NCBI GenBank assembly: GCA_052426225.1
Contig: JBNJNM010000023.1
Location: 992,001 to 1,056,000, forward strand
Direction: 5' to 3'
Source of the DNA: Zancudomyces culisetae HAW-14-8
Taxonomy: Eukaryota; Fungi; Kickxellomycota
DNA length: 64,000 nucleotides
Numbering within the stretch: the stretch's first letter is position 1; each line of letters begins with the position of its first letter. Shown here one piece after another: positions 63,469 to 64,000 of this stretch. The notes beneath the pieces were generated by a model. That model worked only from the letters and a program-made list of their open reading frames with translations, was not told the DNA's origin and searched no databases. The translations under genes and the position numbers were made by a program.

Positions 63469-63722
63469 TTATTTCGTAACGTAGCTTCTGTCGTGTGTAT
63501 TCTGTTGGACAAAACCGAGCGGGTCACGTTCCTTGGTCGGGTTTCTCATGCTAAGGAACTGTAGTTGTGCATGCTCCTGAACAAAAGCAAATGGATCATG
63601 TGACTCGGTATGATCCAACTCCATAGAGGTGGCTCCGGAACGGTCGCTGTCCGGAGAGTAACGACCCTCATCCTTGAACTGTTGGATGATGGCTGCACGT
63701 AGTTGCTGCATGAGGCCTGACT
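63469..63722 (-). mobile_element. Gag-like cassette (copy C, best preserved; 80-aa ORF)
   Basis: MQQLRAAIIQQFKDEGRYSPDSDRSGATSMELD...; a GC-rich island repeated at 47325 and 55014. Confidence 0.55.
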
Positions 63723-64000
63723 TGAGATTTTTGTAATTTTAAATTTTTACCATTTACTATTTACTATTTAAACTTTTAGCTGAAGCACTATTTTATTATT
63801 TTATTGACTTTTAAATAATCTTGTACTAAAAATTCTTCTTGTTCATTGCCTTTATTACCACATGAACTATTGCGTTTTAAACTACTAAAAGAGCTAAAGA
63901 AACTCAACTTGAGTTATTTTAAAAATATATATAATATTTATTTAATTAAAATAAATGCCTATTTCTTATACACTTAATTTGGTTAATCGCTAACTTATTT

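Overview
AT-rich, intron-containing eukaryotic DNA, most consistent with an early-diverging fungus. It carries SMG1, an ADG3/YMR244W-type SUN gene and DIRS retroelements; Kickxellomycotina/Harpellales gut fungi are my inference only. The window has two compartments. Positions 1-21 kb are a gene-dense conserved block: BRR2 5' end, Ap4A phosphorylase with a probable GC-AG intron, SVP26/TEX261, FAM210/NAT2-like, a SUN-family glucanase, an unknown gene, SMG1 kinase, a tiny Cys-rich ORF and an ARO8-like aminotransferase. Positions 22-64 kb are a gene-sparse island whose intact genes are all intronless and predicted secreted. It holds six divergent Cys-containing proteins with beta/gamma-crystallin-like motifs, two Kex2-type precursors of Tyr/Gly/Trp-rich peptides, a His/Arg/Cys-rich mucin-tailed protein plus its pseudogene, a 1243-aa Ser/Thr/Pro mucin-like protein and a Cys-rich protein with a possible aerolysin-like core. 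These genes are interspersed with two decayed DIRS elements, a solo DIRS end, three copies of a short gag-like cassette and a RAD7 pseudogene fragment. One crystallin-like gene appears to have captured the promoter and signal peptide of the Tyr/Gly family. The best candidate for an undescribed system is this secreted-protein island, possibly adhesive/structural proteins plus effectors.
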